DNA of 60,460 nucleotides from Eubacteriales bacterium (GTDB lineage Bacteria; Bacillota; Clostridia; Oscillospirales; SIG627): NCBI GenBank assembly GCA_045594565.1, contig JAZNYT010000121.1, positions 1 to 60,460 of the forward strand, read 5' to 3'. Shown piece by piece: positions 1 to 8,225 of this stretch (position 1 is its first letter; each line of letters starts with the position of its first letter). The notes under the pieces were generated by a model. It saw only the letters and a program-made list of their open reading frames with translations, ran no database searches and was not told where the DNA came from. The position numbers and the translations under genes were made by a program.

Positions 1-128
1 GAGACAGAAAGAATATGCGTCAAAATTGAACGATTTTTTCAACAAATAATGTAAAAATGATGTAGTAGGCTTGATTTAGCCTTATATACGGCATTTTATT
101 GGGGGTTCGAATCCCATCACTCACCCCA
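1..128 (+). repeat. 128-bp direct repeat of 42893-43020 (integrase 3' end plus att core)
   Basis: Base-by-base identical to 42893-43020; the copies diverge after ...TCACCCCA (phage sequence follows here, host sequence follows at 43021). Confidence 0.97.
103..128 (+). other. att core in attP configuration (tRNA 3' end, probably tRNA-His)
   Basis: GGGTTCGAATCCCATCACTCACCCCA = T-loop plus acceptor 3' strand ending C-CCA, typical of tRNA-His; the left boundary of the core cannot be fixed without attB/attL. Confidence 0.75.
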
Positions 129-132
129 TTTC

Positions 133-180
133 AAAAAGCACTGTATATAGGCTAAAAAAGCCTGTACACAGTGCTTTTTC
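133..180 (+). terminator. Intrinsic terminator after att core
   Basis: AAAAAGCACTGT...ACAGTGCTTTTT inverted repeat; would terminate the tRNA transcript at attL. Confidence 0.7.
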
Positions 181-336
181 TTGTTTTTGTACTTTCCCAA
201 ACTGTGCCGAAATACCCCAAATTTGCCCAAAAAATGATGTAGTAATGATGTAGTAAAAGTTTTTAGTTGTAGTTAATGATTTTGTAAAATGTCGGTTCCT
301 GTTCCTTGACACGAATAGGTAGTTCGTTCTTTCAGA

Positions 337-657
337 ATGAATTTTGTGGATAATGTTGCTTTGAAAGGAACGATTATGAAATCAAAAACAAAATCAAGCT
401 TAACCTTTGCATTTGCCAATATGATTTTAGATGCCAGACTTGACAAAGGGTTAACACAGAATGAAGTAGCGGAAGCTATCTCTGTAAGCACACGCTGGTA
501 TCAAATGTTAGAAGCGGGCGAAAAGCTCCCTGGTAGTTTGACCTTACTCCGCTTAATTTTCTTTTTGGAACTCGATATAAAAAAACTGGAAAAGGAGGCA
601 GGGCTTGTTGCTCCTATATCTACCAATCTCCGCAGGCTCTTCAAAAGCCGAAGGTAA
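337..657 (+). CDS. XRE-family HTH protein
   Basis: ARLDKGLTQNEVAEAISVSTRWYQMLEAG HTH; true start may be the Met at 376. Confidence 0.75.
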   Translation: MNFVDNVALKGTIMKSKTKSSLTFAFANMILDARLDKGLTQNEVAEAISVSTRWYQMLEAGEKLPGSLTLLRLIFFLELDIKKLEKEAGLVAPISTNLRRLFKSRR

Positions 658-820
658 AAAAACTGTATATGGCATTGCAGCATACCAAAAAAACAAAAAA
701 GTAGCTTTCGTTCAAAATGTATCGCCAAACCTAGTTCTTGTGATTTGCTTATGCTTGAGATTCAATATACTGCGATTATCGCCCTTGCACTTAAATGATG
801 TTTTGAACGACATGCTGTAA
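605..820 (+). CDS. Small protein, DUF6514-like
   Basis: AAGGAGG before TTG; YGIAAY...LSPLHLNDVLNDML resembles a clostridial family I recall next to XRE genes; not searched. Confidence 0.45.
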   Translation: MLLLYLPISAGSSKAEGKKTVYGIAAYQKNKKVAFVQNVSPNLVLVICLCLRFNILRLSPLHLNDVLNDML

Positions 821-858
821 AAACAAAAACTGAGGTATAACACCTCAGTTTTTGTTTT
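819..858. terminator. Bidirectional terminator
   Basis: AAAACAAAAACTGAGG/CCTCAGTTTTTGTTTT between convergent genes. Confidence 0.75.
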
Positions 859-1513
859 CAGGGTATAATTCCCTCTCGGCTCTTTCACGAGCATCTACTG
901 CTTCTTCAAGGGTGGAGAAGGTGCCGAGATAATGCAGTTTATTGTTTTTGCGTATGTATGCCCGATATTTTCCGCTGCACATCTTGTAAACGCCTTTATG
1001 CCCCGATTTATTATTTTTAGGTATTCTTCTATTTACTGCCTGTTCTTGGCGATTTGCCCAGCGGCAATTATCTGGAGAATACCCACTTTCTACATTTATA
1101 CGATCTATTGTTAAATTATCCGCATAACCGTTAGCTAAACTCCACTCCATAAAATTTTGAAAACCGTTTTCTTTGTCAAGCCATTCCGAGCATATTTTTA
1201 TTCCACGAGCACCATAGTTTGGATAGGAATTGCTATTTTTATTATAGCATCTTACGTTCATACAGTGATAGATTCTGTATAACCTTGTTTTTTCCATTCC
1301 GTGCTTGGTTGATCGTTCCTTTCTTAAGCACCCGCAAGACCGTGTATCGCCTCGTATTAAGTTACTGCTATTTATAACTACTTCGTTTTGGCAATCGCAG
1401 AGACATTTCCAATATTGGTTATGCCCTTTTTTTCCTTTGGGAGTTGGAGCTGGTTCAATAACTGTCAGGCGACCGAATTTCCGACCTGATAGATCTATCA
1501 CATTACCATGCAT
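845..1513 (-). CDS. HNH-like endonuclease with C-terminal AP2 domain
   Basis: WKCLCDC/SCGC zinc motif, TIDRIN...GYSPDNCRW...N nuclease motif, AP2-like GVY..KYRAYI..LGTF..EEA; paralog of 23356-24039. Confidence 0.85.
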   Translation of the reverse strand: MHGNVIDLSGRKFGRLTVIEPAPTPKGKKGHNQYWKCLCDCQNEVVINSSNLIRGDTRSCGCLRKERSTKHGMEKTRLYRIYHCMNVRCYNKNSNSYPNYGARGIKICSEWLDKENGFQNFMEWSLANGYADNLTIDRINVESGYSPDNCRWANRQEQAVNRRIPKNNKSGHKGVYKMCSGKYRAYIRKNNKLHYLGTFSTLEEAVDARERAERELYPENKN

Positions 1514-1647
1514 ATAAATTCCCTCTCATTCTCTTTGATTTGACAACGAGGGGACAATTTCTCGTGTAGTTGCCTAAGAACCTCTTTCTTTTCCCTCTCG
1601 GTTAATCTCTTCCAAAGGCTTACGATTTCTCTATCAATATTATTCAT
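1498..1647 (-). CDS. Micro-ORF, 49 aa ([13 protein letters not shown] family)
   Basis: Read by hand: [30 protein letters not shown]...; ATGA overlap with upstream peptide; two paralogs in the window. Confidence 0.7.
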   Translation of the reverse strand: MNNIDREIVSLWKRLTEREKKEVLRQLHEKLSPRCQIKENEREFICMVM

Positions 1648-1751
1648 TTTCTCCACCCTCTCTGATGAAGATATAAGACGAGAGCTTTTAAGAGTTTGGA
1701 AATACCAAGCCCAATCATCACGATTGATAAAGTTAATAAAAATTCTTTCAT
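1644..1751 (-). CDS. Hydrophobic peptide A2, 35 aa
   Basis: AAGGAG RBS; [35 protein letters not shown]; paralog at 38241-38357. Confidence 0.7.
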   Translation of the reverse strand: MKEFLLTLSIVMIGLGISKLLKALVLYLHQRGWRK

Positions 1752-1760
1752 AATTACTCC

Positions 1761-1789
1761 TTGATTTTTTATTTTGTTTATGCTAAAAT
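1761..1789 (+). promoter_or_regulatory. Antisense sigma70-type promoter
   Basis: TTGATT-17 nt-TAAAAT with TG extended -10; identical at 38367-38395. Confidence 0.65.
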
Positions 1790-1795
1790 CAAGAG

Positions 1796-1937
1796 GAGAG
1801 GAAATCTCCTCTTGATTGTCGGTTGTTTTACAACCATTTAGCTATCAGGGTAAGTATAACCCCGACAATGAGGTCGACCAAACCGTTTACAATTAACTCG
1901 GCTAAGTTAATTTCGGTCTTGGTTGACCTTTTTCTTT
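1796..1937 (+). ncRNA. Predicted antisense RNA covering peptide A1
   Basis: Starts after the antisense promoter; ends in long hairpin AGGTCGACCAA...TTGGTTGACCT plus T-tract; ends approximate. Confidence 0.5.
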
Positions 1938-1944
1938 TCCTCAA
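1828..1944 (-). CDS. Hydrophobic peptide A1, 38 aa (type I toxin-like)
   Basis: GGGGGGTG RBS, TTG start; MRKRKRSTKTEINLAELIVNGLVDLIVGVILTLIAKWL; paralog at 38436-38552. Confidence 0.7.
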   Translation of the reverse strand: MRKRKRSTKTEINLAELIVNGLVDLIVGVILTLIAKWL

Positions 1945-1980
1945 TTTTATCACCCCCCTCTCTTAATTTCTGTATATATT

Positions 1981-2080
1981 ATATCACTATTTTTAGTGAT
2001 AATCAATAGACAAATATCACAATTTTTAGAGATACTATTTGTTTATTTTGTCACTTGTTTTAGTGATAAAATAGTGATAT
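1981..2080. promoter_or_regulatory. Palindromic operator array between divergent genes
   Basis: Repeated (T)ATCACT-n-TTTTAGTGATA-type palindromes between A1 and the HTH gene. Confidence 0.55.
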
Positions 2081-2112
2081 TATATAAGTACTAAATGTTA
2101 AGGAGTGTTAAA

Positions 2113-2316
2113 ATGTCTATAAAATACGATAAACTACTGAAATTGATGGAAGAAAAAGGTGTCACTTCATACACCATAAAGAAAGACAATATTATAGGTC
2201 AAGCAACTTTCAAAAAAATTAAAGAAGGCGGAGATATTGATACAAGAACTATTGATAAGCTCTGCAAGCTCTTGAGCTGTCAGCCCGGTGACTTATTAGA
2301 ATATATTGAAGACTAA
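2113..2316 (+). CDS. Cro/C1-type HTH regulator
   Basis: AGGAG RBS; YDKLLKLM...IDKLCKLLSCQPGDLLEYI, HTH_26-like. Confidence 0.85.
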   Translation: MSIKYDKLLKLMEEKGVTSYTIKKDNIIGQATFKKIKEGGDIDTRTIDKLCKLLSCQPGDLLEYIED

Positions 2317-2323
2317 CAACAAA

Positions 2324-2364
2324 ACAAAGCCCTCTCAAATGAAAAAATTTTTGAGAGGGCTTTA
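2324..2364. terminator. Bidirectional terminator
   Basis: AAAGCCCTCTCAAA/TTTGAGAGGGCTTT. Confidence 0.75.
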
Positions 2365-2376
2365 TCTTTTTACGTA

Positions 2377-3351
2377 TTATTTTTTGAGCTTGTCGTTAAC
2401 GATTTTTTGTATAGCTTCATAATCATAACCGGCTGCGGTTAATCGGTTTTTTCTGTCCTGACCGACTCCCCACTTTCCTTTTATGACTTCTTCGGCGATT
2501 TCCCATATAGTTTTTATGGGTTCGGTGTTGGCTTCGGTGATATAAGCATCTTTGAACCCTGCTGCCTTTAGCTTTTTAAGAGTTGCTTCGGCGTTTGGCT
2601 TCTTGCTATATGCCCCGACTTGCACCTTATAATAAACGCCCACTTTTGCTATATAGGTGTCGAAGCCTTTAGCTTTAACCTTCGCCGCCATAGCTTCGGC
2701 GTTTGGTTTAGCGTGATATGCGCCCACCTGGACACGATAAATAATGCCCGAGGGCTTTTCTTCCGTCTTCTCTACTTTCTTCGCACCGAAATAGTTAGCA
2801 ATAACTTCGGCTTCGGCTATTGCCATTTTCAAGAGGTTACTATCATTTGACAGCCATTTAGCCGCTTTTGTGTTCGTGTGAAAGGAATGTTCAAGGATAA
2901 TTCCAAGAGTACCGACGGAAGAAGCACCACGAAGAACGCCGTACCACTCGCCGTTAGTTCCTCTTCTTTTGTAAATCTGTCCTTTTTGAGTTGTTCCCAT
3001 AGTCTTATGCATAATATCGGCGAGAGACCGACCTAGTTTATCGCCCTTGCCGTCAAGCTGAACAATAGCCACGGGGTAGTCCGTGATTTCGTCAACTCCC
3101 TCTTTGACCGCATTAGAATGAATTGAAAGGAACAAATCGCACCCTTTAGACGCTGCGCCCCTCTGAAAGAGTGCCTTGTCGGTTGCTTGATTTGTTCGTG
3201 CCAGAATAACCTCAATTCCGAACTTCTCCAATTCCGTTTTTAACAGATTGTGAAGTTTCCAAGTCATAACACTTTCGTAATATGACTTAACGGCTGGGCT
3301 TTGATTATATTTTCCGTAATGCCCTGCATCAAGACAAATTTTAATTGCCAT
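2377..3351 (-). CDS. Endolysin: amidase_3 plus two SPOR-like repeats plus CW_7-like domain
   Basis: LDAGH, SIHSNA, ILEHSFH; YRVQVGAY twice; IAEEVIKGKWGVGQDRKNRL. Confidence 0.92.
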   Translation of the reverse strand: MAIKICLDAGHYGKYNQSPAVKSYYESVMTWKLHNLLKTELEKFGIEVILARTNQATDKALFQRGAASKGCDLFLSIHSNAVKEGVDEITDYPVAIVQLDGKGDKLGRSLADIMHKTMGTTQKGQIYKRRGTNGEWYGVLRGASSVGTLGIILEHSFHTNTKAAKWLSNDSNLLKMAIAEAEVIANYFGAKKVEKTEEKPSGIIYRVQVGAYHAKPNAEAMAAKVKAKGFDTYIAKVGVYYKVQVGAYSKKPNAEATLKKLKAAGFKDAYITEANTEPIKTIWEIAEEVIKGKWGVGQDRKNRLTAAGYDYEAIQKIVNDKLKK

Positions 3352-3353
3352 AA

Positions 3354-3575
3354 TTACTCACCTTCGTTTTCGTTGTGGTTTGTTTCTGTTCTGTTGGCAT
3401 CAACAAGACCTTCGCCGATTATGTAGGCAATAAGCGTAGCCCCAGCCATAATAATACCGGCTACTTGTGTTACGGTTTCCTGTGCTACACCATAGGCAAG
3501 AAGTGTGGGGGTAACAAAGCCTATAACGGCTACCCAAAATTTACGGCTTGTGAGTTTCTGTTTCCAAGTGTTCAT
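3354..3575 (-). CDS. Holin
   Basis: WKQKLTSRKFWVAV, two TM helices, directly upstream of endolysin. Confidence 0.8.
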   Translation of the reverse strand: MNTWKQKLTSRKFWVAVIGFVTPTLLAYGVAQETVTQVAGIIMAGATLIAYIIGEGLVDANRTETNHNENEGE

Positions 3576-3602
3576 AATGTTTCTTCCTTTCGTTTTTGCT
3601 TA

Positions 3603-3896
3603 TTAAAGACCGATTTTCGTCAAAGCAAAACCAGCAACGGCGGCAATGATAATAGTTATAAGCTGAGTAATCAGCCCTTCCCACCTTTTCGCCGGTATGC
3701 TGGTTAAGTTTTTAACGTCGGTTTTAATTTCTTTTACGTCGTTTTCGACCCTTTTTTCTCTCTCGTCAAGCCGTGAAACAGTATTGACGATTTTGTCAAG
3801 GTCGTCTTGCCTTTTTTCCACTTCATCAAGGCGGTGTTGGTTAGATTTCGCTCTGTCTTCTACCTCTGTTAAGCGGTGTTCAAATTCTCTTTCCAT
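3603..3896 (-). CDS. Coiled-coil/TM lysis-region protein (XhlA-like)
   Basis: Coiled coil with C-terminal TM helix, upstream of holin. Confidence 0.6.
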   Translation of the reverse strand: MEREFEHRLTEVEDRAKSNQHRLDEVEKRQDDLDKIVNTVSRLDEREKRVENDVKEIKTDVKNLTSIPAKRWEGLITQLITIIIAAVAGFALTKIGL

Positions 3897-3915
3897 TTTG
3901 CACTACCCCCTTAAC

Positions 3916-4371
3916 TTATTCGGTCACGACTTCCCAGCCCTGAGGATAGGAAGAAGGAGAGTGAACGTTATTATCAAGGGTAGACCTATAAACAACGTCG
4001 TTTTCGGTGCAGCAATTACCCTTCATATAGGGAGAGGTTGAAAGAGCAATAAACGGCAAGGCGTGTTTAGGATTGTCTGACCACACAAAGCCCCACTGTG
4101 CAGGGAGTCTTTCAGGCTCGTCTGTGTAAATGGTAGAGTCGTAGACTTGAAGAAGCTTTACTACTCTCCCCTCTGAAGAACAACAAACAAAACCGACAGG
4201 ACGGTTTAGCATATTCGTTTTTTTACAAGCTTCCATGAAAGAAGGAATATAATTCTTTTCTTCGTTCAATTCTGTACCCGTCATTTCTGAAGCTTTGCTC
4301 TGTACCGACTGAGCAATAAGCTTTCCCGACCTTCTCAAAGTCTCTAAAACGAGTTCTTTATTTGTCATCAT
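3916..4371 (-). CDS. Conserved phage protein, C-terminal carbohydrate-binding-like tail
   Basis: Y..G.CC..N..VYRSTLDNNVHSP..YPQGW pattern. Confidence 0.55.
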   Translation of the reverse strand: MMTNKELVLETLRRSGKLIAQSVQSKASEMTGTELNEEKNYIPSFMEACKKTNMLNRPVGFVCCSSEGRVVKLLQVYDSTIYTDEPERLPAQWGFVWSDNPKHALPFIALSTSPYMKGNCCTENDVVYRSTLDNNVHSPSSYPQGWEVVTE

Positions 4372-4676
4372 ACTTCGTTCACTCCTTCCATTATTACCCT
4401 TGCCATATCTTCTGTTGTTACTTCCGTGTGCTCTATCGGTTCAGGCTCTATTGGTTCAGGTTCAGGCGTATTCGTGAGCGTTAATGTGCCGTTTTCGTAC
4501 TTCTGATAAAGATAGTCCTCTGTCTTATCTGTACGAAGCATAAAGCCGTCATTTGCTTTTAGTACAATTTCACCGCTTACCGACCCGGGAAAGTCTTCAG
4601 GCAAACCGCTATATATCATTGTAGACCCCACCTTGCATTTGCAAGGATAGTGTTTATTGTTATAAGTTATATACAT
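4368..4676 (-). CDS. Hypothetical tail-distal protein
   Basis: In operon, PEPEPIEPEP linker. Confidence 0.6.
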   Translation of the reverse strand: MYITYNNKHYPCKCKVGSTMIYSGLPEDFPGSVSGEIVLKANDGFMLRTDKTEDYLYQKYENGTLTLTNTPEPEPIEPEPIEHTEVTTEDMARVIMEGVNEV

Positions 4677-4700
4677 AATATCTCCTTTCTATAAATCAAT

Positions 4701-5108
4701 TTATTGAGTCTCGACTATATTATTATTTTTTATATAAGCTCTGAAAGATAATGACATCGCAGAAAAGCTAGAGCAACGCCAAGTTGCTGTAAGAATATCT
4801 CCTTCAGAAATATCAACATCTTGGTAAGTAGATTGATTAATAGTATTTGGTAAAATAGTCTTTGAAAAACTCTTAACTACTGTGCCATTTTTATAAACTG
4901 AGACACTGACTGTATGTTGTGACGTTGGAGCATAACCCAACGCACTTGTTTGTTGAAGATAAACCCTAATTTTCCCGGAAAAATTAAATTTAACTGGGCT
5001 TTGAGTCTCTCCTTGATAACAAATTATGTGGTCAGTAAAACTTGTAGGCTCTAAAAAGAAATCAGTGTTATCAATCTTTCCTCTGCGAGTGATAAATGCT
5101 TCTCCCAT
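4701..5108 (-). CDS. Tail-fibre-associated protein
   Basis: MGEAFITRRG start, beta-rich, coupled to the fibre gene. Confidence 0.5.
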   Translation of the reverse strand: MGEAFITRRGKIDNTDFFLEPTSFTDHIICYQGETQSPVKFNFSGKIRVYLQQTSALGYAPTSQHTVSVSVYKNGTVVKSFSKTILPNTINQSTYQDVDISEGDILTATWRCSSFSAMSLSFRAYIKNNNIVETQ

Positions 5109-6343
5109 TATCTCACCACCTTAATTTGTAATGATAAAGCCACTTGCGGATATGTTTCGTTTGCATACAATATTATAACGTCTGTGTCCGTTACAACTCT
5201 TGTAACTACCGACCACGCCGAAATAAACTCCTCGTTTGCATCTATATCAGAGCCGAGTATTATATCTATAATAGGATTATCGGTGGGAAGTAATCCCGTA
5301 ACTGATTTTTCGCAATAATAGCCGCCGTTTACGTCGTCTTCTCCCCATTCGGACTCAGACACGTTTACGGTGTAGGTTTTTGTCGTTGCCGCATTATTAG
5401 CCTTACTTAATGCTTCGTCAGCAGTTGTTTGTGCCATGTTTGCAGAGGATTGTGCGTTATCCGCTTTTGTTGTGGCGACATCTGCTGTGCTTTGAGCCGT
5501 AGCGGCGTTAGATTTAGCCGTGTTAGCGGTGCTTTGAGCGGTTGCAGCGTTAGTCTTTGCGGTATTTGCCGTTGACTGTGCCGTCTGTACTTCTTCTTTC
5601 GTTGCCGCCCCAATATCCGCCGGAGTGGGCTTGTTATGCTCACCGTAAATTTTATACGTGTCATAGGTTGAGCCGTCGGCACTTTGAACTCTCAAAGAGA
5701 TTTTGTCGGCATTGGTTGAGCCTTCTCTTCTCAATATAAGAATATCACACGTTCCGTCGGAAGCAATATCGCTTATATATGTTCCGTAATCAGCTTCAGA
5801 ACTTGCATTTTTATAAACCTTCGTTCCGCCGTTGTTGCTTGTGTCGGTCATTTCAAGAGTGGGAGAAGAACTGTTAATTTTAAGTGTTCCCGTAAACGTT
5901 CCGCTATCAGTGTTTAACAACTCTTTCCAGCCTTGCCATTTATACTGTACACCCGAAGAATATTGAGTAACGCCATAGAAAAAGCGTTTATTATCCGCCA
6001 CATAAAGCAAAACGGCACCGGTAAGTCTGGTGAACACCATAATTTGACCTGCTTCACCATTTGGGGAAATAAGACTCGTTGCATCAATACGCTCAACAAA
6101 AATCGCATTAGAATTAAGATCACTGTGTTTATTATTCAAAGCCTCTAACATATCATCAATAGTTAATGAACCATCATCTCTTATATCAAGCTCACTAAAC
6201 GAGGAAAAGGTATCTATGTTTCGGTATTCGTCAATGCTTTTAATTTCTCTGTCGATAATGTCCATATTTCGATTTTGGACTTCAACGTCGTAAAAATCTT
6301 CCTGTGTCGGTTTTCCAAGCTCTAAGTATTGTGTATTATCCAT
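5108..6343 (-). CDS. Tail fibre protein
   Basis: LELGKPTQEDFYDVEVQNRNMDIID N-terminus; TAQSTANTAK repeats; follows baseplate genes. Confidence 0.75.
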   Translation of the reverse strand: MDNTQYLELGKPTQEDFYDVEVQNRNMDIIDREIKSIDEYRNIDTFSSFSELDIRDDGSLTIDDMLEALNNKHSDLNSNAIFVERIDATSLISPNGEAGQIMVFTRLTGAVLLYVADNKRFFYGVTQYSSGVQYKWQGWKELLNTDSGTFTGTLKINSSSPTLEMTDTSNNGGTKVYKNASSEADYGTYISDIASDGTCDILILRREGSTNADKISLRVQSADGSTYDTYKIYGEHNKPTPADIGAATKEEVQTAQSTANTAKTNAATAQSTANTAKSNAATAQSTADVATTKADNAQSSANMAQTTADEALSKANNAATTKTYTVNVSESEWGEDDVNGGYYCEKSVTGLLPTDNPIIDIILGSDIDANEEFISAWSVVTRVVTDTDVIILYANETYPQVALSLQIKVVR

Positions 6344-7157
6344 TCAAAAACACCTCGTTTCTTAATTGGTTATGTGTATAAGCGGTAAGCTCTTCATGGG
6401 TGAACTGTTTCAATATGCCGTAATGGTTATATTGAATTTGAACTGTTTGTGTAAGGTTAGCCGGTAATGTGTTACTCAACATATCCACAACTTGTTGATA
6501 ATTGTTTTGGTTTGCAAGTGATAACAAAACCATTATGTGAAAATAGTCGGCTTTTTGGTCTTGTATTGAAAAGTTCCCCTCTCCGAACATATCTTTCATT
6601 TGGGCTTCTAATCCCACAAGAAAAAGTTGATATTTACTAGCTTCAACATACATATAAATTTTAAGCTGTTCGCTATCTTGCAATACCTCTATTGAGTAAT
6701 TTCCTTCGCCAAGACGATATTTGAAATAAAATTCTAATGAATCAATAATTCCCTGAAAATCGGGCAGATATTGACTCTCGCCATAAAAAGCTAAAGCTGC
6801 AATGTGATACCCGGAAGGTTTAATCTCTACCGAGTAATTTCCTTCTCCGCAAATACCCGTTAGCATTTCGTGAAGCTTTATAAGGGTATATGGTGTTTCC
6901 TTCCCCATTATCGTCAAAAGTCTGAAACGTCTTTCCTCTAAGGTTTCTGTATCTTTAGGGGTGATTTTAAGCATTTTTTCCCATCGCTTGATACCGCTTT
7001 CGGTTGCATACTGTATATATTGGTCGTCAAGGGCGTTCTGCATTGCTTCATATAACGTGTCTATTTCGGGCTGTATTGCTGCCATGATAAACCGCATTTC
7101 CCGAAACTCTCTCAAAAAAGGGGGTAAGTAATCAATAAGAAGTCTTTCACTCGCCAT
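6336..7157 (-). CDS. XkdU/DUF2313-like baseplate protein, internally expanded
   Basis: LIDYLPPFL...WEKMLKI...LEERRFR; three GEGN[YF]S repeats. Confidence 0.75.
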   Translation of the reverse strand: MASERLLIDYLPPFLREFREMRFIMAAIQPEIDTLYEAMQNALDDQYIQYATESGIKRWEKMLKITPKDTETLEERRFRLLTIMGKETPYTLIKLHEMLTGICGEGNYSVEIKPSGYHIAALAFYGESQYLPDFQGIIDSLEFYFKYRLGEGNYSIEVLQDSEQLKIYMYVEASKYQLFLVGLEAQMKDMFGEGNFSIQDQKADYFHIMVLLSLANQNNYQQVVDMLSNTLPANLTQTVQIQYNHYGILKQFTHEELTAYTHNQLRNEVFLNG

Positions 7158-8223
7158 TGATAGCCCCCCTCACCACGATTTGATATTTTGTTAAAAATAG
7201 ATTTTTGTCAGAACCGTTCAGGGTAGTTCCCGTAACGTCAATAATACCTTCACAGCAATTTAAGATATCCGCTTCAAGTCGGCTTATTCTCACTACTAAA
7301 GCGGTGTCGTTTTTCTCATCCCACCCCTTATTAAGTTCGGTGAAATATTCGTCAACTGCTTCTTTAACATACGACCCCGCTGACTCCCAAGACCAGTTTT
7401 CTGCATAAGTGATATTAGATGTTATGTCAACACTGACACCTTCCGCACTCTCTATAGTCACTGTATGCCCTATTGGTGCTGTGCCGTAGCCTTGACCTTG
7501 ATTTTCTACGGGGTCTATTTCCTGTTTTACCTCGTTTATAAGGTCCTCAGAGGGAACGCCAAATGTGCTGTCTACAATCGTCAGCTTAACAGTACCCCCA
7601 CCGTTCCACGTAGGCGTTACCTTTACACCGCCTACCCCTTTAACGTTCTTTGCTTTTTCAATGTAGTCTGCTATGTTACCGCCGAACGACTGAGCCGAAA
7701 TACTGTCAAAATATTTTTCTCTCAGCTCTTCAATGTCTTCGGCATCTTCGCCGGGAACGAGAAGCTCCGCTATTTCAATAGTCTCTAAACCGTCAACGTA
7801 ATCAATGGGAATAAGAGAACCAAAATGCACGTTGCCCTCTATTCCGAGTGTTTCACATTGCACCTTATATTCTCCGTCTTTGATTTTCTCTGTTACGATG
7901 TAGTTAAGAGTTTCAAGGGAAAACCTTGACCCAATAGGAATATCAAGGCTTATAGGTGTTGAAACGGCTTTAAGAACGGCACTTGTCGCCTGTTCTTGCG
8001 GTATGTTTCTTTCTGCCGCCCTTCGTTTCATATATGGCAAAGAAGCGGTATCGGCAAACGATTCATAAAGGACTCCGTCAAGTCCTATATACATATTCTG
8101 AAGCTCAACGGCTACCGAAGAAAGAACGTCGTAGGATATTGCACCCTCTCTTTTATCAATATCACTTGGAAGTCTGTTAAGCATTCGTTTCAAAATATTT
8201 TCATAAGTTACGCTTTCAAACAT
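7147..8223 (-). CDS. Baseplate J-like protein (XkdT)
   Basis: DKREGA, FGGNIADY, GVGGVKVTPTWNGGGTVK. Confidence 0.92.
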   Translation of the reverse strand: MFESVTYENILKRMLNRLPSDIDKREGAISYDVLSSVAVELQNMYIGLDGVLYESFADTASLPYMKRRAAERNIPQEQATSAVLKAVSTPISLDIPIGSRFSLETLNYIVTEKIKDGEYKVQCETLGIEGNVHFGSLIPIDYVDGLETIEIAELLVPGEDAEDIEELREKYFDSISAQSFGGNIADYIEKAKNVKGVGGVKVTPTWNGGGTVKLTIVDSTFGVPSEDLINEVKQEIDPVENQGQGYGTAPIGHTVTIESAEGVSVDITSNITYAENWSWESAGSYVKEAVDEYFTELNKGWDEKNDTALVVRISRLEADILNCCEGIIDVTGTTLNGSDKNLFLTKYQIVVRGAINGE

Positions 8224-8225
8224 TG

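Larger units (their letters stand above)
58..255 (+). promoter_or_regulatory. Integrase arm-type sites flanking the att core
   Basis: TGATGTAGTA at 58-67, 235-244 and 246-255, on both sides of the core, as expected for tyrosine-integrase attP arms. Confidence 0.7.

Noticed and set aside
95-128. Complete tRNA gene
   Set aside because: Only the T-loop and acceptor 3' strand are present, here and at 42995-43020; the upstream sequence is phage and cannot form D or anticodon arms.
5460-5585. Tandem DNA repeat as a non-coding element
   Set aside because: It is the coding TAQSTANTAK repeat of the fibre protein.
3916-6343. Invertible tail-fibre shufflon
   Set aside because: No invertase and no inverted crossover repeats; all genes are co-oriented.
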